64,000 bases of DNA. Source: Octopus sinensis. Lineage: Eukaryota. The stretch lies in contig NC_043008.1 in the NCBI RefSeq assembly GCF_006345805.1, forward strand, positions 71,734,001-71,798,000. The letters run 5' to 3'. The translations under genes were made by a program, and so were the position numbers. Below, piece after piece: positions 1 to 13,889 of this stretch. How positions within the stretch are numbered: position 1 is the stretch's first letter; each line of letters starts with the position of its first letter. The notes under the pieces were generated by a model that was not told where the DNA came from, searched no databases, and worked only from the letters and a program-made list of their open reading frames with translations.

Positions 1-780
1 AAGAAATGCAGGGCAGGATAGAACGAATATGATATGTTTTATTCTTTTGATAATAGTTATGAGCCTTAAGGTATAAACGATGCAAAGAAAAATGTACAGT
101 GTTGTATTAACTGCTAGAAGCCATAGTCACTGCTATCTTACAACTATAAAACTGTTTTGGATAATGCAAGTGCATATACGCTATGCGCAAAACTAAGTTA
201 GCGTGGCCTTGAACACGTAATACATTTCTGCATATATCAACACTGACTACATGGTAGCTGTGCTACTTCGGAAAAAATGAGAAATGAAATATGGCGATAA
301 TTAATACTCTATTGAAGTGAGTTTATAATTTCAGAATATAGATTATTGAGGACGTAATCAGAAAGAAAAAAACTCTAATGAAAGCAATATTAGCCTCTGT
401 CTATCTTAATATCTATCAGACTTTTCACATCAGTTAACTACAGAAGTAAACTACTAAAAACCAAACACACAAATAGACAAAGAACGAATGAAGTTCTTAG
501 CGACGTTAGAAGGCTCTGCTAAATGCTTCTCCAAAACTCGATCAATCGATCGTAATTTTTAAGAGATTACGTTACTATTATGATTTTGCTATATTTCAGG
601 AGAAAGTATATTTAATTGACCCACTAAGACAACTTATTACGAATCTAAGTCCACCAATGGCCAAATGTATGAATAAGATAACTGTACAAATGGCATACAT
701 ACTATTTCCGACAGCTGTTGAAACGTTTGTGTTTTCTCCCCACAACCACGTAGTCTTCCTCTATACTTCCCCTTATTCAG

Positions 781-866
781 GTTTCTCTAGACGCATGTTT
801 CCCTGTAATATCTACAAATATTATGCACATCCTGTTCAGGAGGCAGATACCGAAGAAAAACTGCAT
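781..866 (+). CDS. Candidate internal exon of an unidentified host gene (VSLDACFPVISTNIMHILFRRQIPKKNC, phase 0->2)
   Basis: Pyrimidine tract + ttcag acceptor at 779-780, donor at|gtatgt at 867; open frame; phase matches next exon. Confidence 0.5.
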
Positions 867-1319
867 GTATGTATATTTTCCCTTTTCCCATCAACAACAA
901 TTTCATCTAATTTTCCCTTCACAGTTAGACAAATTTTGAAAACCACGAGGAAAAAGCATAGCCCATGTGCTAAGAACCCAAAGATTGCATAAAATTAAGG
1001 TAATAATCAAGAAGTAAGTGCGTCATCTAGTGAGAGATAACTGAAATTTCATGTACACAGTATAAAAATAACCTAACCAAAAGTAAAAATTACATGGGAT
1101 TATGCGAATGCGATTGAAAAAAAGGTACGCAAATCACAAATCTTTTTCTGGCACTTCCCGAAAAGTAAAGTCACAAAGTTCCCTATTCACATATAGGTTT
1201 GAAGACCAACAGCACACAACGTACAATCAAGTAGAGTATCGTAGAAAAATCTATGCTATATGTTAATGAATGTAAGAAATACAAATTGTGCGTAAATGAA
1301 ATATGCTTATTTGTTTTAG

Positions 1320-1480
1320 ATTTAAGAATTCCAACACTACCGAATTCCAGATTCGAAATGTTCGGCAAATGCAAGCATATGGAGAATTTCCTTTCGGCAA
1401 ACCGCAGGACACCAACCCCTCCGGATTGAGCAGCTGTATGGCAAACATTGGTGTCCTCCCCGTTGAATTCCAACTACTCG
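1320..1480 (+). CDS. Candidate exon (FKNSNTTEFQIRNVRQMQAYGEFPFGKPQDTNPSGLSSCMANIGVLPVEFQLL, phase 2->1)
   Basis: ttgttttag acceptor, cg|gttaat donor (weak); GC-richer than flanks; only one frame open over its length. Confidence 0.5.
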
Positions 1481-1634
1481 GTTAATTATGTCTTTATGGC
1501 CAAAAGGTACATAGCTCTAATTTTCTTCTTTTCATCTTTCGTTTTTATTCACCATTATTCCATTTTTGTATCTACCTGCTCGCTTATTTACGTGATATCT
1601 TGTATACCAGTGTCCTGTTTAGTAATTAAAATAG

Positions 1635-1674
1635 ACAATGTGTACAGAGCCAAAAGATTGTACAGAGGAACGAG
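1635..1674 (+). CDS. Candidate small exon (DNVYRAKRLYRGT, phase 1->2)
   Basis: atag acceptor (in-frame alternative at 1621-1622), strong gag|gtatgt donor; phase fits neighbours. Confidence 0.45.
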
Positions 1675-2026
1675 GTATGTTTTACAAACCTGCCTACATC
1701 AACGTGTCCAATGCAAGTGAAAACTACGTATTGTTAATTCACATTTTTATACTATGTACATTAAATTATATAAACACATATATGTATACATATATATACA
1801 TATATATATATAATTAGGGCTTAGTAAAATAAATTACTTTGCCACATACTGAACTTTCTAGAAATAGCAGCCAAAAAGTTTTTTAGCCATTTCCACTACT
1901 TTAAGAAAATTTCTCTCAGATAATGTTTACTGATTAATAACTAATTAGTTTTACCCTCAATTGTTGATACATACATACATATATATATAAATATACATAT
2001 ATATATATATATATGTGTGTGTGTAT

Positions 2027-3901
2027 AGGGAGAGTTTACGAAAAAAACAAAAGAGGAAGACAGGTGGTGTACTAAACAAACAGATGTATCAGTATAACGC
2101 TGAGGAATAGAAAACGTATTTTACGTTTCGAGCACACGCTCTTCTACAGAGAGGGACACAGAAAAAACAAAAACAAGGAGAGAAAAATGTGTGTAGTGGC
2201 TAACGATCAATCATGGTGACTGACTCGGACAGATGGGTCACATACGAGTGGGGAAAGTAGGGGAGATAACAAAGATGACTCCCAACACGAAGGTGCATGT
2301 GTACATAAGAGAGTATGTATGTGTGTGAAAGAGGGCTGGTGGTCTGAACGTGTGCGTGTATGTATGTGTAGGTGTGAAAATGTGGGGATCGGTGAGTGGG
2401 TGGTGTGTTGTGATGTGATGTGTAATGTTTTATGTTGTAGTGTGGTCTGGTGTGATGTTGTTGGGAGGTGGGGGAGGCGAGAGTGGGGAAATCACGGGTG
2501 GGGTGTGGGTTCGGCTGAAGGTTGGGGTAGAGTTGGGGTTTGTGGTTAGGCAGAGGGTGGGAGTAAAGTTGGGGTATGTGGGAGAGGATATGTGGGATAG
2601 GATGGGATGGGGGATGGGAGGATAGGGAAGGTGGAGTAGGAATGCGTAGGGGTGGGTGGGCTTATGGGGGAGGGGAAGGTGGGTATGTGAGGAGAGAGAG
2701 GAGGAGAGAAGTGAAAAAGAGCGTAAGAGAGAAGAGAGAAAGCGAGGGTGAAGGAGTAAGAGAGAAAGAGAGTAAGGGATAAGAAGGAAAGAGGGGAGAG
2801 AAAGAGAGAAAGAGAGTAGGAGAGAAGGGAGAAAAAGAGAAAGAGAGAAAGAGAGTAAGAAAGAAGAGAGAAAGAGAGTAGGGGTTAAGAGAAGTAGTAG
2901 TGAAGTGAAATAGGAGTGAAAAGACGTAGGAGTCGGGGCAAGAGAGGAGAGTTGGGTGGGAGGAAGTAGAAGGGAGGGAGAGAGAGAGGAGTGAAGAAGA
3001 GTGAGGGAGCAGCGAGAAAGGGAGAAGAGAAAAAGAGAGTAGGGGTGAAGAGATGTAGGAGTTAAGAGAAGTAGGAGTCGAGGAGGTGTTTAAATGAAGA
3101 GGCGAGGAGAGTTGAGCCCAAATGGCGCAAAAGAGCGAAGTGAGAAGATTAATCCCTGTTCACGGCGCATACGGATGGCCTCTGTGCAAGGACAATCCGA
3201 ACACAGACAGGTGTTGCAAGGAGTGACCGGTAGAGCGGAAATGGCGTGAGATCGGGGTGTCATTGCCGAGGCGGATGTCTCGGAGGTGTTCCGCGAACCG
3301 GTCAGCCAAGCGGCGTCCCGTTTGTCCGATGAACAGGGAATGGCAGAGAGAGCAGGAGATGCAGTAGATGATATTGTTGGAGGTGCAGGTGAAGGAGTCG
3401 GTGATGCGATAGGGTCGATGATTGGTGCCGGTGAGGAGGGTGGTGTTGGACAGGTAAGGGCAAGTGCGGCAACGTGGGCGGGAGCTGGGGAACGAGCCAG
3501 GCTGGGAGGTAGGTTTAGTGAAGAAACTGTGGACCAATAGGTCTCGTAGGTTGTGGGCTCGTTTGAAGGAGGGGAAGAGTCGGTTAGGGAAGATGTGTGA
3601 AGTGGACGGGTCGGACTGGAGTTGCCGGAAAGCTCGGAGAATGGTGCGTTAGAGAGGCAGGGTGGTGGGGTGGTAGGTGAGGGGAAAGGGAGGTGGGAGA
3701 CTGCAGGGCGGGTTCGGGGGGAAAGAGCAGATGCACGGTCCACGGAAGTGCTCTAGTAAGGGCGGTGTGGATAGTGGTCAGGGGATAACCACGTAGGATG
3801 AAGTGGCGAGTCATGAGTTGAGACTGAGTCTCAAAGTCATGGTTGTCACTACAGAGCCTGGGTAGACGGAGGAATTGGGAATAGGGGATGGAAAGCTTGA
3901 T
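2027..3901 (-). mobile_element. 5'-truncated Penelope-like retroelement (RT C-terminus, Cys-rich linker, GIY-YIG endonuclease, 3' UTR/pLTR)
   Basis: Frameshifted ORFs: IKLSIPYSQFLRL..CS..RGYP, RPRCRTCPY, CTSNNIIYCISCSLC..FIGQTGRRLADRFAEHLRDI, PISRHF, and APFGLN at the C-terminus; terminal region 2027-2215 has an HHR-like motif and abuts (TA/TG)n. Confidence 0.9.
2119..2150 (-). ncRNA. Degenerate minimal hammerhead ribozyme in Penelope terminus
   Basis: Minus strand CTGTAGA-A-GAGC gtgt GCTC-GAAA-CG-TA; A6->U core change, poor stem I. Confidence 0.45.
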
Positions 3902-4509
3902 ACACCTGTACAGACACACATACGTACACACCCAGACATGATGCTATAGAGGTGCCATCACATACATTCGGGTAAATGTGGCAAGTAACTTCTACTCTGT
4001 TATGGAGCCATGAAATAACCCCAGTAGGGGCCTACAGTCAGCTAGAAAGAACGGCAAATTTTCTGATTAAACACACCTTAAATCCTGGAAAGGAAAGGAC
4101 CAATTTTGAGTGTGCAATTCTGTCTACACTGTGTCTGAACTGCCTCTCATTCTCCGAGTGATGCCTATCGCGAAGTGAACAAAAACGAAACTGGCACATA
4201 ATATATCATGGCGATATCTATAGATTGTCCCATAGATTGATTCCCTTCGTAATTGATGGTCTGTCTTGCTGATGGTTGTTTTTGATGCATTCTGTCTCTT
4301 CAATCTAGCTCAAGCTGCTTTTACATCTTCTCCAAGTAGTCAAGCTATTCTACAATAAGCTTACAGCAATGGTTTTCTCCGTATTTGTTTTTGTCTTTGT
4401 TACTTTTATACATCATATATTTACAATCATCGTGTGTATATAAAATTTCTATATTGCATTTACTTTGACTATTTGTACTTAACGTTGTGTACTTAATCTA
4501 ATAGTGTGT

Positions 4510-5200
4510 CGATGTATACAAAAAAACAACCGGACAATTTCAAATAAGCGAATGTCAAATGTCATTCTTAATCTCAGAATGGCAACACTTCACCAGGACA
4601 GTAGCTGGATATTACATGGTCGTTCGTCAAGTCGATTATTGAACTAGAGAAATATTATTTGTTTTCATTTTTACATCGCTTTATAAAGAAGTGTTAACAT
4701 TATGTCCGAACATAGGTGCTTTGTCGAACGATTTCCCCAATATTTACCTAACTAGAAGGCTTACAGGTCGAGTCTAGCGAAACAAATAATGCCATGAACA
4801 TGTGTTCGCTCAATACTTCAAAGAAAATACCTAATATTGTTTCTAGTTGATATCCCTAAGTGTTTTAGGGATAGCACTGACCTGACTCCCTTATCGTACT
4901 TTATACTGAAAACATTTCGAAATGCTTCCCACTTATAAAGCTTATAAATGGATTGATTGATGGTGATTTCAAGGGCTCTGTGAAAAGGGGTTGAGATAAA
5001 CTTCGTCCACTTGACAACTGCCAAGACATCTGTGAAGAAATGAGAAGGGTGACGAATGACTTGGTTAAAAACTAATCTGTAAAAGTTAATGCAAGTATAT
5101 TATCGAGTTGGCTGATCAATAAACACTTTTTATTTACCGATTCACCTTTCTTTCATTTATCAACGAAAATGGCGGATACTTTGACAGTCCAAGTCAGAAA
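4510..5200 (-). mobile_element. Degraded mariner-like transposase remnant
   Basis: Minus-strand LYKWEAFRNVFSIKYDKG resembles the mariner HTH region (VYxW..F..G..S..D..RSGRP); heavily decayed. Confidence 0.35.
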
Positions 5201-5297
5201 TTTCTATCATATTTCGCAAACAATAACTCAGAATAGATTCCTAAGAAACTGATTGCATCACATTCACAAATCATTATATACATATACCTATACACAC

Positions 5298-5600
<303 letters not shown>

Positions 5601-6118
5601 CAAATACTTATATGTGTGTGAGTGTCTGCGCTTCTGTGTATGTACATCATTTAATTTAAACTGATCAGAGTGCGTCTTGTCGAGATCACAAACTATATTA
5701 TGGAAGCATAACCACTATGACTACCGTTGCTCAATCTACGGTTACTCTGCACAATCACAGAAAATTGCTTTCAACTCAATTTCTTTTTGTTTTACTTCTA
5801 TTACGTTTTCTTCCTTTGTTTTTCTATGTATTTTGTCTGTTCATTTCGTATTTTTAGAGATTAATGATTTGCGGAAAAACGAAAACTAACCATCTCGAAG
5901 ATTCTGCTGCATGTCGGGAAATGAATGATCACATAGCTGAATGTGCTGTCACATGAAGATCTTAGTACGTATGTATGTGTATTCGTATATGTGTATCGGT
6001 GATATATGTACATATTAATACACGCACATATATACATACATATATGTATGTGTATATATACATATACCTATATATATGTATATAGATAATAATTATGCAT
6101 ACATATATACAGAGATAC

Positions 6119-6185
<67 letters not shown>

Positions 6186-6409
6186 TTCATACATACATAC
6201 ATATATACATGCATAGATATAGACATATGCCTTGTTTTTATGTATATGTATATACCTGAATATATGTTCTTATACATATGTGTGTGTGTGTATGTGTGCA
6301 CGATGTATAATTTAAAATAATCAGAGTGCGTCGTTTTCTTCGAGATGACTCATATTACAATGTTATTATGGAAACAGCTACCTTGACTGTTGACCTACTG
6401 GATGAGACT

Positions 6410-6760
6410 GACAGACTATGACTCTACTCCCAGGAGTTAAGACCGAAAGGATATGCTGTGATATACGTATGGAATATCTTGGAAGGAATTTGTACTAAAT
6501 TTTGGCATTGAAAAACTATACCAGCTCCCGAACTGGACGTCAATATGCCATTGCAAAGATATAAGCCACGCCATGGGCAGAATGTACTGGAATAGTTTGA
6601 TATTCAAGTGGCCATGGCCACTTGGTAGCATGCTAAAATATCTGAAAGGTCGGCATGGAATAGAGGCTGATGATTTTAAGAAACAACTTGACCTCCTGCT
6701 ATCTACGACCCAGATGAGCCTATATCGCGGCGAGAAAAACAAAAGAGGGCAAAAATATTT
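6410..6760 (+). mobile_element. CR1-type LINE 3' ORF2 fragment
   Basis: LYSQE..ERYAVIYVWNILEG..NFGIE; GIEADDFKKQLDLLLST..DEP matches the CR1/L2-group C-terminus. Confidence 0.65.
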
Positions 6761-6941
6761 AACTTTCTCTTTCACATCAGAAAGGCCTTTCAAAAGGTGA
6801 TAAACCGTGTGGTGGCCTATCACGTCCACAGCCTTTGGGATGAAACGCACATGGGAATGATACATGGACGCACACACACACAAAAGCACATATATGTATA
6901 TGTGCGTGTATGTATGTATGTATGTATGTATCTATGTATGC

Positions 6942-6986
<45 letters not shown>

Positions 6987-7009
6987 CTCTGTATATATAT
7001 ATACATATA

Positions 7010-7424
7010 GGCGCAGGAGTGGCTGTGTGGTAAGTAGCTTGCTAACCAACCACATGGTCCCGGGTTCAGTCCCACTGCGTGGCATCTTGGGCAAGTGTCT
7101 TCTGCTATAGCCCCGTGCAGACCAATGCCTTGTGAGTGGATTTGGTAGACGGAAACTGAAAGAAGCCTGTCGTATATATGTATATGTATATATATGTATG
7201 TGTGTGTGTGTTTGTGTGTCTGTGTTTGCCCCCCAAGCGTTGCTTGACAACCGATGCTGGTGTGTTTACGTTCCCGTCACTTAGCGGTTCGGCATAAGTG
7301 ACCGATAGAATAAGTACTTGGCTTAGAAAGAGTAAGTACCGGGGTCGATTTGCTCGACTAAAGGCGGTGCTCCAGCATGGCCGCAGTCAAATGACTGAGA
7401 CAAGTAAAAGAGTAAAGAGTAAGA

Positions 7425-7426
<2 letters not shown>
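7010..7426 (+). mobile_element. tRNA-derived SINE, family A (CORE-like cttgggcaagt, internal (TA/TG)n, (agagta)n tail)
   Basis: A box tggctgtgtggt, B box ggttcagtccc; near-identical copies at 25202, 49304 and 46123 (-). Confidence 0.9.
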
Positions 7427-7482
<56 letters not shown>

Positions 7483-8393
7483 GCAACTTTAGTGAACATG
7501 GAATTGCGAAAATTATTGCAAGCTATAAATTTTGAAATGTTATATCAAGAACTTCAATCAATAATGTTTAATATATGTGAGGGGGGATTAAGGTATGGAG
7601 GTACATGGGTGTATGTGAGCGTGTTGTGCCTGTGGTGTGTGTGTGGGTGTGTTTTTAAGTTTGCGTGCGTGTATATGTGTCAGTCAGGGACATCGTCACT
7701 GGATTTCAGAAACAAACGCTTATACAACACTCTAACCACTTTCTGGATCAAAATAGTATATTCCATTGACAAGCAAAGAAAAATGACTAGTGCTAAGTTG
7801 ACTGCATATTTTATATCGGAGTACCTTCTCCCAGGCTTTCCCTCAGAAGGGCACTGCAAGACAGCAGTGGTAAATCAATTTGAAATCAGATGTTTATTCT
7901 ATACTGGTTGTCCTAATCACAGCTCCGTTTCAAAACAGGAGTCCAGTCTGTCCCCATCAACAGCCATGGCTTTGACAGTGCCACCAGCTAATGGACTTTC
8001 ATTACCATGATCTGGTTTTATATAACAGTGTCCCTCTCCAATATCAGTTGGCTTCACCACGGCTGATGAGCCTCATCAGTCACCTGCAGAAAAGATATAT
8101 ATGCATTTAGAAAAAAAAACATCTACAAAAAAATACATTTAAAAAACATTTAGAAAAGAATTATATATTTATATAAACACATAGATAAATAAATAAATTC
8201 ACAATTAAAACTATAAATAAAATAAAATAAAAGTAAAACTATGAATATACATAAATATGTGAAAGATCGCAGCTTTGAAGTTGAAACATTTTTAAATAAT
8301 TAAAATAAAATAATAATATAAAAAATTTATAAAGATAACATATATATATATATATATTTGCATGTATATATACATGTATACATAAATACATAC

Positions 8394-8490
<97 letters not shown>

Positions 8491-8673
8491 TGCACACACA
8501 CAGACACATGTACATATAATGCTGGAGGCCGTTGACTACACATGAGTTCTTCCGCTAGTATACAAATCATATATATACATAAATTTTCGGTGCGATTTGT
8601 TTTGTTATACGGTGCCTGGTTTTACAATACAGTACATAATATTAATGGTATTTATATAAGCCTCAAGCTTATA

Positions 8674-8872
8674 GCGATCACCGTACAATGACTAAGAAAA
8701 ATAATGTAATAATGGGGCATGTAAGCCCCCAATAAAAAAATGCAGTCTTAGTCACGTTAACAATGGGATGTGGGTTCCTGTCTCATTCGGATAGGAAACC
8801 CTACATTTTCCTGTCTACGGCTTATATGCCCCATTATTTGACTGTTTTTCTTAGACATTGCACAGTAATCGT
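8674..8872. mobile_element. Old foldback/MITE-like element
   Basis: ~55-bp imperfect inverted arms (..ctaagaaaaa..aataatggggcatgtaagcc / ggcttatatgccccattatt..tttttcttag) plus an inner hairpin. Confidence 0.55.
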
Positions 8873-9007
8873 TATATATATATATATATTACGGAGATGT
8901 ACTTGCATAGCAAGTGACTTGATCTGAGATCCTGTGCTGAAACATATAATTGCAGCGTGAAAGGTGGTTTTAAATGGTTTATAAACACCTTCCACGCTGA
9001 AATTGTT

Positions 9008-9009
9008 TA

Positions 9010-9100
<91 letters not shown>

Positions 9101-9108
9101 ATATCTAT

Positions 9109-9184
<76 letters not shown>

Positions 9185-9243
9185 TTATATGTCTATCCAT
9201 TTATCTATCTATGTATCTATCTATCTATCTCTCTCTATCTATC

Positions 9244-9306
<63 letters not shown>
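9008..9306. repeat. (TATC)n + (CT)n + (TA)n microsatellite
   Basis: Direct inspection. Confidence 0.95.
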
Positions 9307-9308
<2 letters not shown>

Positions 9309-9608
9309 CACTTGAAATAAAAAATATTCCCCCAAACTAAACATAATTCTTGAAAGAGACACACAAACATACGCACACATATACACATACAATTCACTTA
9401 TATACGTACATATTTTACCCAAAGGTCCCCATAAACACTCCTAAACATTCACATACAATCATAGTGTAGAAAGTATTCTTTTTTAATTTTTTTTGAAAGA
9501 CCATGCAGATTATTTGGGCCCGATTAGGACCAATCGATCGAATCGGCTTAAGGCCGGCCCTGTGTGAGTGTGTGTGTTTGTCTGTGTGTGTATGTGTATT
9601 TTTTTGTT

Positions 9609-9639
<31 letters not shown>

Positions 9640-10125
9640 ACTCTTCTATTTGTTTTTGTAATTTGTGGGCATGAATCAGTGTCTGAATGTATAATGAAAT
9701 GCAATATCAATGTTCCTGACGATAATTCCTGTCAACCATCCCCGTCTTTCATATCAACCATGTTTCTCACCCGGCTGCCAGATGATGTGACATAAATTTC
9801 ATTTAATTCTGTCCCTATGTAGGAGTCTAACCTATGACAGGTGGTTTGTTCTTGTTTAGACTTATATCAGACCTGATCATGCAGGCTCATATTCAAATGC
9901 CTTGCTGCCATAACTTACGTCTCGTCCAATCTGTCATACAGTATCTAAGATTAATTTATCAAATGATCTGCTTTTAGAAGATAGTCTGGAAGGATTTGAC
10001 TCACAACTGGAGTCGTTTATTTCACCCAACAGTGCTACAAAGTAGTCGATGTTCGAAATGATGAGCTATGCTGAATTATTTTGTATATATTTGCTGATTA
10101 TAATATACAGGGGAGAATATATATA

Positions 10126-10587
10126 AGATCTTTTCGGTTTGAACAGCAGATTTTTAAAATAATTTCCACGTCCTAAACACTTTTAAACTTCGTATACTGG
10201 TAGAATGTGCTTATAAAATATCTTTTTCTCTTGGTTTTATTGAGAAAATTCTATAGTTTGTAAGATATTTGTTGATTTTTTCTTCAATTTCTGCAATTTC
10301 AACCAATCAATGACGTTTATTGAGGTGAAAACATTCTGTGCCGTATGAATATGTCCCTCGTTTAAGAAACAGAATGGGTTTATTTACATTTCTGAAGAAA
10401 AAAGATACCCTTCCCCCCACCCCTAACCCTAACCCTAACTAACCCAAACTAATCCTAACACTAACCCTAACTAATCCTAACCCTAAAACAGATTGAAAGG
10501 CAATAGATCGATACTAGGGTCATAATTATGGGTGACAATTTCATATGACACCGCTAGAAAAAACTGCCGTTCAAACCGAAAAGATCC
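10126..10587. mobile_element. Non-autonomous DNA transposon (MITE) with ~30-bp TIRs, TA flanks and internal (CCCTAA)n-like tract
   Basis: gatcttttcggtttgaacagcag ... ctgccgttcaaaccgaaaagatc; TA on both sides; ccctaa repeats at 10421-10486. Confidence 0.85.
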
Positions 10588-11644
10588 TATATATATATAT
10601 CAAGGTTAGTGAAAATCATATATAAATGATATGCATTTTTCGAATACAAGAAAAATTAAAATCAAATGATAATTCATCTACATTTGATTTCAGAGTATTG
10701 AAGAGCAAAATTAAATAGTACTTAGCAGGCAACAAGTTATTCTACTGTCTATTCCAAGTTACTGTTTTAGCTAAAGTGCATTTTGGTTGCACGTATTATT
10801 ACCAAATACTTAAAACACACGCAGAACACACATTCATGCACACAAATTCACACACACACAAGCACACAGGCACATACATGATAACAATCAAATTTATTGA
10901 GATCAGAAACGGGGAAAAGAGAGATTTGAACTGGAGCAGAATAAAGAGAATTGAAAGCATCGTAAGTCAGCTGTTGTGACATTTTTCTCCAACTGCTCTA
11001 TAAGACAATCTAATTCACACTACGACAATAATGACACTCACAGACATACTAACACATAGGCACAGATACGTTCACTATCTCACTGACACGTTCTCTTACA
11101 CAAACACTTACACACACAATATAAAATGTCAGTCAACATTGTTGGTTACTAATATTGATTTTGGCTGAATTTTAAAATAATCCATTTCCGATTCTCAGCG
11201 GATTATTGTGAAGTGTTTGATTAAAAACAGGATAACGGCTATTCCTCTATGCAAGGTCAGATCACATATACAGGATTGTTGTCTGAGTTTTCACCAAAAT
11301 TATTTTTAGAAAATAAATATTTTAAAACATTAAAACCTACATCAGATGTGACATACTTTCTATATTCATGGCTTAGGTTTTAGTTTTGTGTAATTTCTCT
11401 TTCTTTTCTTTGCATATTCTTTGAATATTATCGGCGAATTTGATCGAATATTCAGCTTATTTTGTTTTCAATATATTTTATTGTGTCTGACTCTAATTCA
11501 CTACTAACAAACCAATTCAGTTTCAAGAGGTGTTATGAAGTACGCTGGTTGTAGTGGTATAGAATATGTGTGTATATGTTTATATGAATATATATGTGTA
11601 TATATTATATCTGTGTGTATACATGTATATGTGATGGTTTAATC

Positions 11645-11745
11645 TTTAGGGTATTCGGCTTACGCTCGTAAGTTCATGAGTTCGATTTCAGATGGCATTT
11701 TGTGTCCTTGAGCAAGATTCTTTATTTCATGTTGCTCCAGTTCAC
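11645..11745 (+). mobile_element. Degenerate CORE-like SINE fragment
   Basis: B box gagttcgattt followed by gtgtccttgagcaag..tttatttcatgttgctccag. Confidence 0.55.
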
Positions 11746-11814
11746 GCATATATACTTCTAATTTAAAATGCTAGCCTTGTCACATTCTGTCTCACGCAGA
11801 ACGTCAATGAGAAC

Positions 11815-11878
<64 letters not shown>

Positions 11879-12954
11879 ATATACATACAAATATATATAT
11901 GTAATGGATCAAATACGCAACAGAGGACAATAACATATCCGGACAGATAGACGATACAAAGACGGACACGAAAAGCAATAATTATAGAGACAGGAAAAAT
12001 GGACGGGTCATTCGTGGTCTTCTTTTCTCAGTCAAGTTAGCAGATGTCCTTACAGGTTTCGAGCAGTTACACTTGAAGCTCTTCGATCTGGTTGTCCCCG
12101 CAAAAAAGACCAAGCCAAGGGCATTATATTTTTTGCAAGAAAGCTAACGAATGTATACAAGAAAAAACCCAGCAAAAACATGGTGCAAAATTACGAATAC
12201 AAACAAAGAGAATATAACAACAGGTGTATTTCGACTGAGAACGAATCAAATTCAGTAGGCGTGTATAAAGTGAAAGCCTTAAGGCAGGTACATAGGATAC
12301 GGACATACGAGGTGCTGGCGGTCGGCAATCCGGCCAAGAAAGAAAGAAAGATCATGGCTGGCCGAACACCGGTCACGTGGAAGGAGGAGAGAGAGAGTTA
12401 GGAGGCACCGGGATTGATGGTGGTGGTGATGGTGGCGGCGGTAGAGTTGGATGTAGTTGTGATGCTGCTGCTATGAGCTGTCTTTTGTATCGGAATCTTC
12501 AATTGGATTGGAGGGAATTCAGTTTCATATTTTTTTATGCTTCTGTTATGTTTGATTGACGACAGGGTAATTTCTTGCGCGTAAATTTGAACCTGCTGTG
12601 CTCGTCTCCCCTTCAAGTTGTGCGTAGTTGGTGGAGGGTACTACGGCATCTTGCACCTCTCTATGTGAAGCATATCTCATTTCCTTGTCTTTCAACTAGG
12701 CTGGCGAAGCCAGGCTTGTTGAAAAGTTATTTTGAGATTACGGCTCCCAAATGCGCAGTAACAGCCCAAAGCAGCCAACCTATACAAAGGTGGTGTTTTG
12801 GTTAAACGTTTTAAAAGAAAATAAGTAATTAAAAACATTTCGAAACCGAAATTTAGAGGAAAAACTTACGATCGTTCAAACACATGCATTCCATCAGGAC
12901 GGATAATAACAACAACAACACCACCACCACCACCACAACCAATAATAATAATAA

Positions 12955-13665
12955 TAGAACAGAGACTGAAGGATTTTTAATTGCAGCACAAGACCAAAGC
13001 CTTCCCACTAGAAATTACTACTGTAATAAAAAGAAATACATGTATCTGCATAATATGTGAAGATGGAGAAGAAACAATAAATCATACTGTCTCTGGTTTC
13101 CCAGTCCTGAGTAAGAAGGAATATATTCAAACTATACCAATACTATGGAATAACAACAGAAAAAAGATGGTATAGACACATCCCAGAAAAGGTCAGAGAA
13201 AAGGAGAAAGCAAACACAGTATGGGATATGCTGACGAACAGATAGAGAAAATAAGCCCAATAGGCCGGATATTGTTCTCAGAGATCACCAGGAAAAAATG
13301 CTTTCTAATCGATGTATCAATACCAACACGTGACAATGTTTCTCATGATACAAAAACCTGGAAATAGTTGTAACCCGAATGTGGAGTCTAAAAAAAGAAA
13401 CAATTCCTATGCTAGGCGCATTAGGTATGATAAAAATATTCAGACAAATACATAACAAAAACACCTAGACTAACAAGTATATTTAACATACAGTAAACAG
13501 TACTACTAGGCACCTCACACGTGCTACGTAAAGTACTTTAAATGCAATGAAAATAAGAGCATCACAACAAACCAGAGCACATATCCAAGTCACACTGAGC
13601 TGCACTCGGTACTGCAGTGAAAGCACGTGATAAAAGTAAGACTACTGAATATTAATAATAATAAA
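12955..13665 (+). mobile_element. R4/Dong-like LINE 3' fragment (RLE domain + 3'UTR)
   Basis: Diverged copy of 14960-15740 (ETEGFLIAAQDQSLPTRNY, RPDIV, same 3'UTR); begins and ends in (TAA)n. Confidence 0.85.
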
Positions 13666-13823
13666 AATAACCGCAACAACAAAAACCATACTAATGATTT
13701 TAATGTCTGGGCATGTATGCCTTCGCTTTTGTTTACCTGTCCCCTTCTCATTCCACACTTTTCTATGCCAAATTCCATGCTTATATCTTTGCTGATGTGT
13801 TATACAGTCTGTTTTAAGGAATC

Positions 13824-13873
<50 letters not shown>

Positions 13874-13889
13874 TATTATTATTATTATT

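Noticed and set aside
7010-7080. tRNA gene calls at SINE heads
   Set aside because: A/B boxes are present but there is no complete cloverleaf, and they run into SINE bodies
7471-8010. 179-aa + strand ORF and possible minus-strand exon ending at ~8083
   Set aside because: No recognisable domain, includes a TG microsatellite, and all minus frames hit early stops after the acceptor
8061-8095. ggCTGATGAgccTCATCAGtc: CUGAUGA on both strands
   Set aside because: A small palindrome; no properly placed stem II-GAAA-stem III follows on either strand
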